Assembly (NCBI GenBank): GCA_964016885.1
Contig: OZ024756.1
Location: 22,072,001 to 22,136,000 of the forward strand
Direction: 5' to 3'
DNA length: 64,000 nucleotides
DNA from: Eledone cirrhosa
Taxonomy: Eukaryota
Positions 1 to 16,109 of this stretch are shown in pieces. The notes below the pieces were generated by a model. That model was not told the origin of the DNA. It ran no database searches and saw only the letters and a list, made by a program, of their open reading frames with translations. The stretch's first letter is position 1, and the number at the start of each line of letters is the position of its first letter. A program made the position numbers and the translations under genes.

Positions 1-181
1 ATATATGTATATACATATATATACACTATACCTATATATGTATATATATATATACACTATACCTATATATATATGCACTATACCTATATATGTATATATA
101 TATATATATACACTATACCTATATATGTATATATATATATACATACACTATACCTATATATGTATATATATATACACTATA

Positions 182-226
<45 letters not shown>

Positions 227-230
227 TATA

Positions 231-269
<39 letters not shown>

Positions 270-273
270 TATA

Positions 274-316
<43 letters not shown>

Positions 317-320
317 TATA

Positions 321-359
<39 letters not shown>

Positions 360-390
360 TATACCTATATATATATATATACACACTATA

Positions 391-456
<66 letters not shown>

Positions 457-487
457 TGGTGTATATATATATAAACATATAGTTATA

Positions 488-527
<40 letters not shown>

Positions 528-2578
528 TAATATGCATAGTTTTATTGTTCTACAATATTACTCATCTTCTACATATATATATATATATATATATATGTGT
601 ATACGCTATACCTACACATTTCTGTATAAAATTAATGTAAATATAAAAAAAAACTACATATTTATGATTATGAAGAAAACAAATATTTCATACACAGGAG
701 TGTCAAATGTTTCTAAACAACTTGATTATTGTCAGGAATTTACGTAGACAATACGTAAACGTTTAGAGTGTTTTTGGTCCTTTCTTAATGAACACTGAAT
801 GAACGAACAGTTTAGATTTCATAATAACAGACCCATGTTTCTAAAGTCATCACATGATAATCCCCATTTTCCTGTTTCATATTTTTCCTTTGTCTTTCTT
901 AGACTGGAATTTTAAGTAAAACGTGAAAATGAATGATAATGGTGGAAGTCATATAATTTCACCCATGCCACTAATGGTAGTTTCCGGAAATAGGATAGTT
1001 GATTTTACACTGGCGCTCTCGGTCTTTTAAGCTATATCAAATCGAGTTTAAAGACGTTGGTTTAAAGAGTGAAGCAAATAACCATTAGAGATACATGATT
1101 AAACATGGTAATGAAGATATATAAGATGGATAACTAGAGACATTAAGAGGCGTGGTTATATAAAGTTTGAAATTATGTGATGTAAGATGTGCGTCAGTAG
1201 GGATTGAAGTACCTTTATCATAATATAATAAAGGGAGGAGTGCGAGACTGTTCTGCATATATTTTTTTATCCCGTAAAATAAGTTGGATTACTTTCAATA
1301 AATAATGAATGAATATTGCATAATTTCTGTACTAAATTTCGTAGCTGTTGATTAAATATAAATATTCTTATATATAATAATTGCTTATTATAAGATTCAC
1401 TTTTTTTTTAATTTTCAAATGTCAACACTTCCGGTTATGATATAACGGACGCTATATCATAACGCTTATATAAACGTTCATATATTTGCATCGTTATATC
1501 ATAACTTTTATATTGCGTATAATATCAATATGCACACTACACATGCTAGCAGATAACAACCCAAACTGTGGTTTTTCTGCTATTAATGTTAATGTTTGAG
1601 ACGTAATTTTCTGAACTAATAAATCAATGAATAGTTTTCAACCTTTCGGGAGTCAATTGTCGATTAAATTATTCAATTATGACCAGAAACAATTCAACTG
1701 CGGTCCATGTAATGGCAGACCGACGGAGCTAATCAGAGGTGGGCGCTACAACATTCGTATTACGACATACTAAAAGGGAAAATTGAATGACTCAAACCCA
1801 GGTACGTTTTAGCATTGGAAGCTGAATGTTTAAACGATAAGCCACACTTCCCAGCGCCCATTCACTTCCAACATATATCTAACCGAGCAAATAACATACA
1901 AAATAATTATTACATACACACACATCCATGTAATGATTGAGGAAGGAAGGGGGGGGGGGGGTGAAACGCAATAGTGACCAGCGTTCCAAGATAAGCTACA
2001 CTTGTATGAGTGTATGCGTGTGAAGTGTTTCCGCGAGTTTTTGTGTGAATGTATGTGTGTGTTTTTATGTTTGTGTATGTGTTAGTGAGGGTATGTTTGT
2101 TTGCTCGTTAATGTTTATATATTCATACAAAATTGTAATGACTGTTCGGTCGCTGGTCTCTAGATATATAAGATTACACGGTATATATATATATAAATAC
2201 ACATTTATCCTTAACTTACCAGTTCATAAATGTGTCTAATATTAAGAAATATATAACAAACATTTATTACTTGCACAAAAATGCGCCTTACTAAAATGGA
2301 TTAATTTTTTTCTACGCCAAAAAGACGTTTACAAGCTGCTCGATAATGAATAGGCGGATATAGAGCACGGATCAAACAAGAACAACGACGGGAAATAATA
2401 GAGAGAGAAAGAAGACAACACACAAACGTGAGCAATGAATTAAGAACAGGTGCATATCATTTTAGAGCAAGGAAGACTAAGAAAAGAGAAGAAAAGAGAT
2501 ACTGTGTAACTAGACGGACATAAATAACGCCTATTTTTTCACCCGTGGGAATTCCCACGGGTTCCACACGTATATATT

Positions 2579-2626
<48 letters not shown>

Positions 2627-3031
2627 CATATCCGGGGAGTGCAACGTGAAGTTACTGCAGATTAACCCAGGTGATAAACGTAATGAAGGCATAAAAACTT
2701 GTCCTCGTATTATTACATACACACACAGACACACACATTATATATATATATCTATATATATACACACTTGGGAGTGTGTGTGTGTGTATTATTTCGTGTT
2801 AGTACGTGTGTGTGTGTGTGTGCTAGATACAAGTTAATAATTATCCATCAAAGAACCGTTCATTTCCTGAAGCACATTCGATCATTGAATATTCAGTAAA
2901 AGACGTTTCTTAATTATTATTCATTTTTGGACTGTGTTCTAATAGCTACGTCTTTACATGCTTTTATTTTACTTTCTCTATTTAACCATTCCTGATATCT
3001 CATCATTGCACACACTATCAATCTATCTATC

Positions 3032-3061
<30 letters not shown>

Positions 3062-3064
<3 letters not shown>

Positions 3065-3396
3065 ACAATCAAATTGTGTTTAAAACATTTAATAGCTTAC
3101 GATCGTTTCATCCAATATAAGTCTGTATTTCATCGGAGCATATGAAGGTTAAAACAAATATATTCCTATTCACTTGAACATGTTTACACATTCCAGTGAA
3201 TAGGTATATATTTGTTTTGAACCTTTATATGTTCTGATGAATCCAGACGTATATCTGGATGAAACAATCGTAAGCTATTAAATGTTTTAAATACAATTTG
3301 ATTGTTATTTATGTTGTATTTCTGCTCTGTATAATACTTGATATTTTACATTGACCTATTTTCTTATTGGTAATCGGGTAAAATATAATATTACCC
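3062..3396. mobile_element. Fold-back element (inverted repeat 3062-3308) with a hammerhead motif on each arm
   Basis: Plus 3231-3275: CTGATGA-ATCCAGA cgtata TCTGGAT-GAAAC-AATC-GTA-AGC. Minus 3095-3139: GCT-CCGATGA...GAAAC-GATC-GTA-AGC. Flanked by (TA)n. Confidence 0.75.
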
Positions 3397-3434
3397 TTAT
3401 CGTATATATATACTTATATATATACTTATATATA

Positions 3435-3560
<126 letters not shown>

Positions 3561-3802
3561 TTAAAAGTCGAATTACATATATATATAAGAAACGTATCAA
3601 CAAATTATAGGGAATAAATTGTAAGGAGTGTAAACACACACAGTTCGTGAGGTACCATATTAAAAATCACATGAACCTTGCAATAATGATTATATATATC
3701 TCTCTGTATATATATATATATATATATATATAAATCTTATACAAAATACTGAGGAGTATATTACTGTAGAAGCATATTTCCCTGGGGATAAAAAAAAGTT
3801 AT

Positions 3803-3899
3803 ACTTACTGCAGTTTCAAAGTCCAAAAGAATAAGAGATATCCCTTCAATAGATTGATATGGACAACGTTAACATATTGGATGGACTTCTCTTCAGATG
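3803..3899 (-). ncRNA. Hammerhead ribozyme motif
   Basis: CTGAAGA-gAAGTCCA...TGGACTTt-GAAAC-TGCA-GTA; stem I is weak. Confidence 0.6.
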
Positions 3900-3944
3900 A
3901 TTTAATTGCGTAATGTATAAGAACATATATATATATATATATAC

Positions 3945-4122
3945 AATATAAAATAAATGGAAACTATATTTATAAAACCGTATTTATTTCATTATATATA
4001 TTTCGGGGATATCATATTAACAATATGCTATGCCTTCCTCAGACAAAATACAATATAAACAGTTTTATATCAGTTATAAATATTTACTAGTTGTAACCCA
4101 ACAATTTTAAATATAACTTTCC
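3945..4122 (-). mobile_element. Fragment of the 62258-62692 hammerhead element family
   Basis: Near-identical to 62270-62470; CTGAGGA...GAAA-TATATA-TA on minus. Confidence 0.65.
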
Positions 4123-4133
4123 ATATATATATA

Positions 4134-4374
<241 letters not shown>

Positions 4375-4393
4375 GTATATATATATATATAAT

Positions 4394-4476
<83 letters not shown>

Positions 4477-4529
4477 GTAAAATGACAAAAGCCCGGACTG
4501 GAGAAATTCCTTAAAATATTTATTATAGC

Positions 4530-4591
4530 AAACACTATATACATTTCAGTAACCACGTTCCATAAGATTCTGGTGACATCATCAGGTGTTT
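4530..4591 (-). ncRNA. Hammerhead ribozyme motif with canonical core
   Basis: AAACAC-CTGATGA-tGTCACCA...TGGTTACt-GAAA-TGTATA-TA-GTGTTT; perfect 6-bp stem I. Confidence 0.8.
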
Positions 4592-4931
4592 ATTGCATAA
4601 TAGATTAAATAATAATAAAGGAATAATGGTAAATATAATCCAAGCGGCTACAAAAACAGAGAAAAATGTTTTTGACTCGAAGGCGGTCATGGCCAGTTGT
4701 TGAGAGTTTGGCTGACCACAGTTCTCGCACCACCAACAAGATTCAACATCGAAGATGGATGTGTTGCACACATCGAGTGTTTCTCCTAATATTACATCAT
4801 GGTTGACTATACTGAATGACCAGTTCTATCTAGTGGTGTACCACCAAATTAAAATTATATATATATATAAGTGTGTATATATATATATATAGGTGTGTAT
4901 ATATATATATATATGTGTGTATATATATATA

Positions 4932-4968
<37 letters not shown>

Positions 4969-5091
4969 CAAGTACGTAGGGCTGCTCATGTCACCAGAAT
5001 ATGGTTGTTCCGATCCACATACATCGAAATTGATGGGAGAGTCCATTACACACACACACATACATACACACACACACACGCACACACACAT

Positions 5092-5168
<77 letters not shown>

Positions 5169-5517
5169 AAAACAGAAATCGGAGAGGCGTAAAGTTTCTT
5201 TGTAGAAATGAAGTCATGGAAACTAATTTAAAACCATATATTGAATGCTTTTTGGTACAATTTAAAAATAATTTGCATGCTTAGTTGTTAAACCGATAAA
5301 ATATACATTAGCTTCTTATCACATTCTGTTGTAAGACATCCATACCTCACTGCGAGGAATTTGCGATATTGAGGAAATCATAGAAAGAAAAGTTAACGAA
5401 GAAATGAATGTTGGTTCTTGATAATGTGAAACGGAACCTAGAGATTATGGGATATGAAGAAAAATTGTATATAGTCATGTGTGTGTGTGTGTATGTGTGT
5501 GTATGTATGTGTGTGTA

Positions 5518-5601
<84 letters not shown>

Positions 5602-5749
5602 CATATACATATATATATACATATATACATACATATATATATATATATACATACACATATACATATATATACATACACATATACATATATATACATACAT
5701 ACATATATATATATACATACATATATATATACATACATACATACATACA

Positions 5750-5781
<32 letters not shown>

Positions 5782-5810
5782 CATACATACACATACATAT
5801 ATATACATAT

Positions 5811-5841
<31 letters not shown>

Positions 5842-5909
5842 ATATATATATATATATATACATACATACATACATACATATATACATATATATAAACATA
5901 CATATATAT

Positions 5910-6290
5910 ATCCTCAGCATTCTCGTGTAGCACCCATCCACCATTTGAGTGAGTTTCTTGGTCAGTGTCCAAGTCTCAGACCCGTACAGTAGCACAGACT
6001 CCACTACAGCAATGAAGAGGCGGATTTTCAGGTCTTCACGAGGGTCCGACTTCCACACCGATCTCAAGCTGTGACACGCCGCCCAGGCTTTGCTCTTCCT
6101 CTCAACCACATCATCTTCCGTATTCCCAAACTTTGCTTCCAAATACAGGAAGTCCTCAACCAATTCTCGCGGCTTCCCGCCTACATTAGTGATCCCCTCT
6201 GGCTTCTCAACATTCTCTATCAGATATTTTGTTTTAGTCTCATTCATCTTCATCGCCAAACTCAATGGCTCTTAACATTAATCAGTATAC
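5910..6290 (-). mobile_element. RTE-clade LINE fragment (C-terminal to RT)
   Basis: KTKY...DFLYL...[25 protein letters not shown]...GCYTRMLR. Confidence 0.8.
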
Positions 6291-6346
6291 ACTGAGGATG
6301 AAAAACTCAGAGCTGTATGGGAGCCTCCCAAGAGTCAGCTCAAATA

Positions 6347-6396
<50 letters not shown>

Positions 6397-6401
6397 TACA
6401 T

Positions 6402-6435
<34 letters not shown>

Positions 6436-6598
6436 ATATACATATATATATACATATATATATATATATAGATACATATATATATATTTCGTTTCTGAAT
6501 TTGTTTAGCAAGATTCTTTATCTGAAATCGTGTGTTGAAACCGATATTGTTATACTTTGGAAGGGTCATGTTGCCAACATGACCCTTCCAAAGTATAA

Positions 6599-6741
<143 letters not shown>

Positions 6742-6816
6742 CATATATATATATACATATATATATACATATATATATATAAATATACATATATATACAT
6801 ATATATATATATATAC

Positions 6817-6849
<33 letters not shown>

Positions 6850-6910
6850 AATATATATATCTACATATATATGTATATATACATATATATATATATACAT
6901 ATATATATAC

Positions 6911-6963
<53 letters not shown>

Positions 6964-6964
6964 C

Positions 6965-7015
<51 letters not shown>

Positions 7016-7034
7016 CATATATATATATACATAC

Positions 7035-7069
<35 letters not shown>

Positions 7070-7118
7070 CACATATATATATATATATAGATACATATAT
7101 ATATATACATATATATAG

Positions 7119-7301
<183 letters not shown>

Positions 7302-7310
7302 CATATATAC

Positions 7311-7434
<124 letters not shown>

Positions 7435-7675
7435 TTATCAAAATACCAGATTAAAGTTTAAGCAAAGAATCGCTGCTTTCACCCTTAACGGGATCTTCTG
7501 AAACTAACAAAGTCAATCTGTAAACGCAGAACTGGATATTTCAAAAAACGTTGCAACCGGAGGAAGACAGGAAGACGATACTTTGGTTCGTGGTAACGTT
7601 CGCTGGCAAAGAACGGGAAAAAACGAACAATACGTCATTAATAGGAGCGATATATACATATATATATATATATAC

Positions 7676-7760
<85 letters not shown>

Positions 7761-7809
7761 CATATATATATATACATATATATATATATACATATATATA
7801 TATACATAC

Positions 7810-7890
<81 letters not shown>

Positions 7891-8005
7891 CATATATATA
7901 TAGATACATATATATATACATATATATACACATATATATATATACATATATATATATATAGATACATATATATATATACATATATATACACATATATATA
8001 TATAC

Positions 8006-8054
<49 letters not shown>

Positions 8055-8074
8055 CATATATATATATGTATACA

Positions 8075-8147
<73 letters not shown>

Positions 8148-8149
8148 GT

Positions 8150-8274
<125 letters not shown>

Positions 8275-8275
8275 C

Positions 8276-8380
<105 letters not shown>

Positions 8381-8435
8381 CATATATATAAATATACATA
8401 CAAATATATATATACATATATATAAATATACATAC

Positions 8436-8474
<39 letters not shown>

Positions 8475-8843
8475 CATATATATAAATATACATACATATA
8501 TATATGCATACATATATATATGTATCCATACATACATATATATATATATATATGCATATATATATATATATATATGCATACATATATATACATATATACA
8601 TACATATATATACATATATATATATACATATATATATACATACATATATATACACATACACATATATGCATACATATATATATATATACATACATATATA
8701 TACACATACATATACATACATATATATACACATACACATATATACATACATATATATACATATATATATATATACATATACACATATATACATACATATA
8801 TATATACATACATATATATATACATACATATATATATACATAC

Positions 8844-8890
<47 letters not shown>

Positions 8891-9042
8891 TATACACATA
8901 CATATAAATATACATATATAAATATTCATATATATATATATATATATACATATATATACACATACATATAAATATACATATATAAATATTCATATATATA
9001 TATACATACATATATATATATATATATATACATACATATATA

Positions 9043-9082
<40 letters not shown>

Positions 9083-9212
9083 CGCATACATATATATATA
9101 CACATACATATATACATACATATAAATATACATATATAGATAAATATATACATACATATATATATACATATATAGATAAATATATACATACATATATATA
9201 TATACATACATA

Positions 9213-9266
<54 letters not shown>

Positions 9267-9290
9267 CATACATATATATATATATATATA

Positions 9291-9900
9291 TGGTGACTGC
9301 CAACTCGTTTTCGAGTACGGCCACTACTTTATATCCATGTAGGAGAACCCCTACCGATGCGCTGAACGAGTGTGACTGTTTAGTCCAGCCAGCGACTTGA
9401 AAACTCTGGTACAAACACTACACTTGTGACAATTATTGACACATAGTGCTGGGCCCATGGTACCATGTGACGACAAGTGCAGAGAGATCTCCAGATATAA
9501 AGCAATGCCTGTGCCGTGAAGCTTTTATAGTGAGCAAAGGCACTGCACAAAGCCAGTCCCACTCTCTTAACCAAGATGATATTTACCAAAAAGAAGAACA
9601 AGTCAACATCATTGGATACCATCAGGGTTGCAGGTGTTATATCAGAGTTTTCCTTCTCCTAGAATTCTGCCTTGACAAAGGCTAAGGTGTCATCTCTCCC
9701 GGTGATTTTGGATGGCCATTGACTCTTAAGAGCTCCTTTGCCCTTTGACAGGTTTTGTTTTTAGTCCTGCAGGATGTCCAAAGTCACCCTCCTCACCAAG
9801 AAACCTTGGTGGGGTTGCCAGTTTAGTCGCCAACGACCCGACCATGAGACAGGTTGTACTGGGATACATGTTACCAGTAGCACCAACTGGTGACCTGACA
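9291..9900 (-). mobile_element. Probable 5' UTR/start of a LINE (RTE-like); 9291-9622 is duplicated and inverted at 11028-11359
   Basis: GC-richer island in microsatellite; the RTE 5' UTR assignment is inference, the inverted copy is seen directly. Confidence 0.45.
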
Positions 9901-10658
9901 TAATATATATATATACATATATATATACATACATATATATATATATATATATACATATATATATACATATATATATACATACATATATACATACATATAT
10001 ATATACATATATATATACATACATATATATATACATACATATATATATACATATATATATATACATATATATATACATACATACATATATATACATATAT
10101 ATATACATACATATATATACATATATATACACATATATATATATATATATATATACATATATATACACATATACACACACATATATATATATACATATAT
10201 ATTCACATATATACATATATTTATATACATATATATACACATATATACATATACATATACACATACATATACACATATATATATATATACACATATATAT
10301 ACATATATACCCACATATATATATACACATATATATATACACATATATATATATACATATATATATACACATATATATATATACACATATATATATATAT
10401 ACACATATATATATATATACACATATATATATATACATATATATATACATACACATATATATATATACATATATATATACATACACATATATATACATAC
10501 ATATATATACATACATCTACATACATACACGCATATATATACATTTATATATATAAACACAGATATATACACACATATATATATATATATACGTATATAT
10601 ATATAAACACACATATATACACACAAACACACATTTATATATATATATAAACACGCAT

Positions 10659-10690
<32 letters not shown>

Positions 10691-11577
10691 AATGGATATA
10701 ACTATGCAGAGGTAGATATGTTGAGACAGAGTGGAGAGAGAGAAAGAAAGAGTGCGTGTGTCTATTTGAGAAACAAAACTCTGGTGTATGTAGGTTAACA
10801 TTAGGAGAATGTTACCTAAAGGAGTGTTCCTATTTAAATAGGAATTACTCATTATTTTCATGTAAATTGTCAAACAGTAACAGCTGAATGCATGTGAACA
10901 CAATGCTTTAGTCTGCTTCAGCAAGAGAATCAGAGTATAACATATTTAATGAGGTCTTGTCTGGGATATTTGTCATACTGACGCAGAGAACGGTTTATGA
11001 CACACATGAATATGTTTGTATGTATGTATGGTATCCAATGATGTTGACTTGTTCTTCTTTTTGATAAATATCATCTTGGTTTAGAGAGTGGGACTGGCTT
11101 TGTGCAGTGCCTTTGCTCACTGTAAAAGCTTCACGGCACAGGCATTGCTTTATATCTGGAGATCTCTCTGCACTTGTCGTCACATGGTACCATGGGCCCA
11201 GCACTATGTGTCAATAATTGTCACAAGTGTAGTGTTTGTACCGGAGTTTTCAAGTCGCTGGCTGGACTAAAAAGTAACAATCGTTCAGCGCTTCGGTAGG
11301 GGTTCTCCTACATGGATATAAAGTAGTGGCCGTACTCGAAAACGAGTTGGCAGTCACCACCATGTATGTATGTATGTATGTATGTATGTATGTATGTATG
11401 TATGTATGTATGTATGTGTTACCAATTTGTTACCATTAGTCCGGCAAACCAAAGATGTATGTTAGTGTCCCTTGTACGTCAATAATCATGCGTTTTTCCA
11501 TTCAGAGTGTCGTTTATCACTCCCCCCGCCCCCAATAATTCTATGTAGTCAAATACGACGTAAGCATATGTTACTAC

Positions 11578-11617
<40 letters not shown>

Positions 11618-12164
11618 AATAACCAAAGAGTGCTTATAAATACATAGTTTTATTAGCTAACAGTGTTTCATCCATACACCATGGCAGGAATCATCAGAGC
11701 TTATAAACATGAGTATATCAGTAGTTGCATACTCCAGTTATCCTACATTGAGCTAAATCCACACTGTCATAACAATGGCAATATATTTATATTGATATAT
11801 TTGTCAACGAAGTATATATATATATATATCAGTCTCTGTCATACCCTACGCTAGTCGTCTCTCGCTCGCAAATATATGACAGTACATTGACAGTAATCTA
11901 ACGCACATCAGGACCTTCATATTTTCACATCTTTGTAGAAGTCCTTCTCCACGCATGCATACCTATGTACATATATCTTAACCCCTCTGGATATTTATTT
12001 ATCCTCCAGTAATAATTTAAAGCATGGATCATTTCAAAATGGCTGAGTAACTACATCATTTGTTAACTACAATACGGTCTGATTGTGCAAATTTACCCCG
12101 TTTTCTTTCTTTCCCACCCTCGTCAGTATTTCTAATTCAACTTCTCCGGCCCAAATATACTCTC

Positions 12165-12228
<64 letters not shown>

Positions 12229-12796
12229 AACAAGTGTTCGATAACTGTCATGTTTTCCCTACTTAATCAAGCGTTAAATTAAAATACATCGTCAATGTAC
12301 TGTAGTGTCCTAGGTCATTTACTTTACTGATATTTCATAATTCTATATAGATATGGCATTGTCTACTTAACGTATATATTGTTGAGATTAACGATCTTTA
12401 TAATCCGCCTACGCTTGTATTAACTACCTTTAGATAACAGACATCAAATTAAGAGTTACAACATTTCCCTCTCGCTCTCAAGTCTCTGTCGCTCTCTGTC
12501 TCACTTTTCACAGTTTCCAATTTATAAAAGGAAATCCACGCTCATTTTAAGTACAGTATAGATTTATTGCATAATGATGTATTAAAAGCAGCAGCAGCAA
12601 CAGCTTTAATTGTTTATATTTTTAGCACAAGGCCAGCAAATACCCAGTGTATTACTGGTACTTTACAGCATTCAAAGTAGGGGTGCACGTGACAAAACAA
12701 TAGAAAAAAATCAAGGGAAAGAGCGACAGTTTTATTCGCTCGGTCAGCATCTGACGTGTTGGATGGTGTATGGGAAAAGGTAATTGTTTAAATAAA

Positions 12797-13822
12797 TCAA
12801 GAAATTCTGTATGTGGAGTTAGAGCTTGGTGTAAGGCGACTACTAATGGTGCTCAAAGATTGTTGGAACGATTGTTTTTTAATGACATTTGTACACATGC
12901 TGGTAATTTCCCGACGAAAACTTCGACCGCTGGCGACATATAAAAAGAAATTTAAGATATTGTTTGTGTATGAAAATATATGAACAAAGTTGTAAATTGG
13001 GACAATATAATAATTATGGAAATCACTTGATTTGTCAGTAAATGTAATTAGCATTCCAGTCACAGCAAATGGTAACGTAAACAGAAAGAACAACACGTTA
13101 ATCGACAAAAGTAATGCCATATTTTTATCGTTTTGATTGAAGTGGTCTATATTTATCTGTGCTTGTGATGCCAAAAACCGTCTCCTTATCAAAAGATGTT
13201 TCAGAATAACAAATACACATACCGAACACACTATAATCGGAATAAAACAGTACATACAGTAGAATATAACGTATTTTATCTGTTGGTAGACGTCTGGCTC
13301 AAACTTGTGACATTCAATCATTTTCGAAGTTTCATTGTCAGCGGAGATTTTTTCGATTAATTTATAATAATAAAGAATCGGCGAATAGACCAATCCTATA
13401 ACAAGTATAATGATAAAAAGCAGGGCAAACTTTCTCAGTTTGTTCCTATTTCGTGTAGAGTCGCTATTCAGTGGAGATGAAAGAGCCAATGCTCGTTCTG
13501 CTGTTATTATTGCAATGATCCATGAAGAAAGAGATAAGAAGACTTTATCGAAGAATGGTAATGCTTTGCAGAGAAACACCGAAGTGTTTCTAATATTCAC
13601 ATTGTAGGTAATTCGTTGCCATTTATCCACCAAACAGATGGAAAGTACGAAAACATCGCTGACAGATAAAGCAATAAGGTAAATATTGATGGTTAAACGT
13701 CGCTGCCTTTTACGAGAAAGTATTAAAATGGAAAATATGTTCGTTATTATTCCTATAGGGATAAATATGGAACCGTAATAGATAATTATGTGTGGAACCA
13801 GGTGGTAAAATTCCATATTCAT
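12797..13822 (-). CDS. Intronless rhodopsin-class (class A) GPCR, FMRFamide-receptor-like/molluscan chemoreceptor-like, 341 aa
   Basis: Seven hydrophobic segments; TM1 Asn (ITN), YLIALSVSD, C in FLCK, SSW...TAER in place of DRY, TLP in TM6, NFFLY in place of NPxxY, SFRREI helix 8. First ATG is at 13822, with an in-frame TGA upstream. Confidence 0.92.
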   Translation of the reverse strand: MNMEFYHLVPHIIIYYGSIFIPIGIITNIFSILILSRKRQRRLTINIYLIALSVSDVFVLSICLVDKWQRITYNVNIRNTSVFLCKALPFFDKVFLSLSSWIIAIITAERALALSSPLNSDSTRNRNKLRKFALLFIIILVIGLVYSPILYYYKLIEKISADNETSKMIECHKFEPDVYQQIKYVIFYCMYCFIPIIVCSVCVFVILKHLLIRRRFLASQAQINIDHFNQNDKNMALLLSINVLFFLFTLPFAVTGMLITFTDKSSDFHNYYIVPIYNFVHIFSYTNNILNFFLYVASGRSFRREITSMCTNVIKKQSFQQSLSTISSRLTPSSNSTYRIS

Positions 13823-14322
13823 AAGACAAAAACAAAACAAAACGGAATTATATTGGAGTCAAATTAATTCGCCGTTAATCGTCTGGTAATTTTTCTTGCA
13901 AATGATTACTGCATGATTTCTCTGTTGACAATAATATGCATACCCCCTCTCTCTCTCCCTTATATACCTCCTCCCTCTCCCTCATATACCCCCCTCTCTC
14001 TCCCTCATTTACTCACTCTCTCTCCATTCTCACCTTCTTGTCTCTCCCTAATATACATACCCCCTCTCTCTTTCCCTCATATCCTTCTCCCTTATATACC
14101 CCCCTTTCTCTCCCTCATTTACTCACTCTCTCTCCATTCCCACCTTCATGTCTCTCCCTATATGGATGTCGATATATCTGTTCCTCCTCCACTCCGTATT
14201 CCCAAGTCTATTTATTTCCTTGCTTCTTTTCTGTCGGTCATTTCCTTTTCACGTAATCGGTATTCAATATCACGTGATAAATCTATCATACAACTACATA
14301 CACACATATACCCAGTCCTCAC

Positions 14323-14354
<32 letters not shown>

Positions 14355-14392
14355 CACACACGCCCCACTATATATATATATATGTATATATA

Positions 14393-14635
14393 ACGAAGGA
14401 AATGTGGTAAGGAACCAGGTGGACCATAACGCACCAAAGTACTCAATACTTAGGGTAGTAGAGTGGGTATAGGAACGAGTAGGACCCCCGACGGCTGAGC
14501 TCAAGCCGTTTCGACGGCTAATTCTGGACTAAAATTTTTTTTTTTTTTTTAGTCCAGAATTTAGTCCAGAATTTAGTCCAGAATTATCCGTCGAAACGGC
14601 TTCAGCTCAGCTGTCGGGTCCTACTCATTCCTATA
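14393..14635. mobile_element. Fold-back element family with hammerhead 3' half, copy 1
   Basis: Shared acgaagga...ggtaaggaacca...taggaa tail plus inverted repeat carrying GAAACGGC...GCyGTC. Confidence 0.75.
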
Positions 14636-15000
14636 TATATATACACATAGACGCACAACACGCACAAACATATATATACATATATATATATATGCATGGA
14701 TATATACGTATATATATATATATATATAATATATATATAAAAATATACACATATATATATTGCATGGATATATATACGTATATATATATACACACATATA
14801 TATATATAGTATGCAGTGGATATATACGTATATATATATATATATTCACACACACATACAAATATATTTATGCACGGATATATATATATATATATATATA
14901 AAATTTGTTTTCGAATTTATTTTGCGAGATTTCTTATCTGTAAACGTGTGTTGAGACATACCCTCCCAAAGTGTAATAATAATATATATATATAAGAGAG

Positions 15001-15091
<91 letters not shown>

Positions 15092-15098
15092 TAGAGAG

Positions 15099-15234
<136 letters not shown>

Positions 15235-15756
15235 TATATATATATATATATATATATATTAATTTCCAAATCATTATGTTGTCAGGTAAGAATATTTGCA
15301 GACATACGTAATTCCTATTGTTTCACTCAAACTATTCTCATAAGTAAAAAAAAAAATAAAAAAATAAAAAAATAAAAATAAATAAACAATAAATAAATAA
15401 AGAAATCATTATTATTTCGCTGCACCTTTTTATTCATTCAAACATAATCATCCTGTCTTAATTTTCAATTTGTTTACTATTTCAAATACAATTTAATTAA
15501 TCAATATTAATTATCTTCCAGTGGCAGATTTATCAATTATGTCTTAAATACTTTGATTTGAATCTCTAGTGATTCTTTTAGATAAATAATCATTTCAATC
15601 TTGAAAAATATTCTGTAAAACATTGATTTCAACAGATAATGATTATTCCATATAATTTACAAATTGTATTCATAAAAACCTTTCAAAAGCCTCAAGTTAT
15701 AGAAATATATTGAATTTAGTGTACGATTGTCACCCACCCACCACACACACTGACCA

Positions 15757-15826
<70 letters not shown>

Positions 15827-16109
15827 AATATATATGTATACATGTGTATATAGATATGTATAAAGTATATGTGTATGTATATGTGTGTATATATGTATAA
15901 AGTACATGTGTATATATATATATATTGTTATACTTGGGGAGGGTCATATTGTTGTAATAATATTGCCAGAAATAACAGAACACACTCACTGTTTGGTTGG
16001 CTTTTGCTTCTGTATCTTCTATAATAATAAACGTGAAGACTACAATCCGAAGAGGGCTAGATAAGGATAATATATATATAATAAATATATAAAACTATAT
16101 ATATATGTA

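Noticed and set aside
2541-2562. Perfect 22-bp palindrome acccgtgggaattcccacgggt as a regulatory site
   Set aside because: Real palindrome, but no context supports a function; likely a transposon remnant
13823-13840. GPCR start at 13840 as given in the ORF track
   Set aside because: That codon is TTG; the first ATG is at 13822
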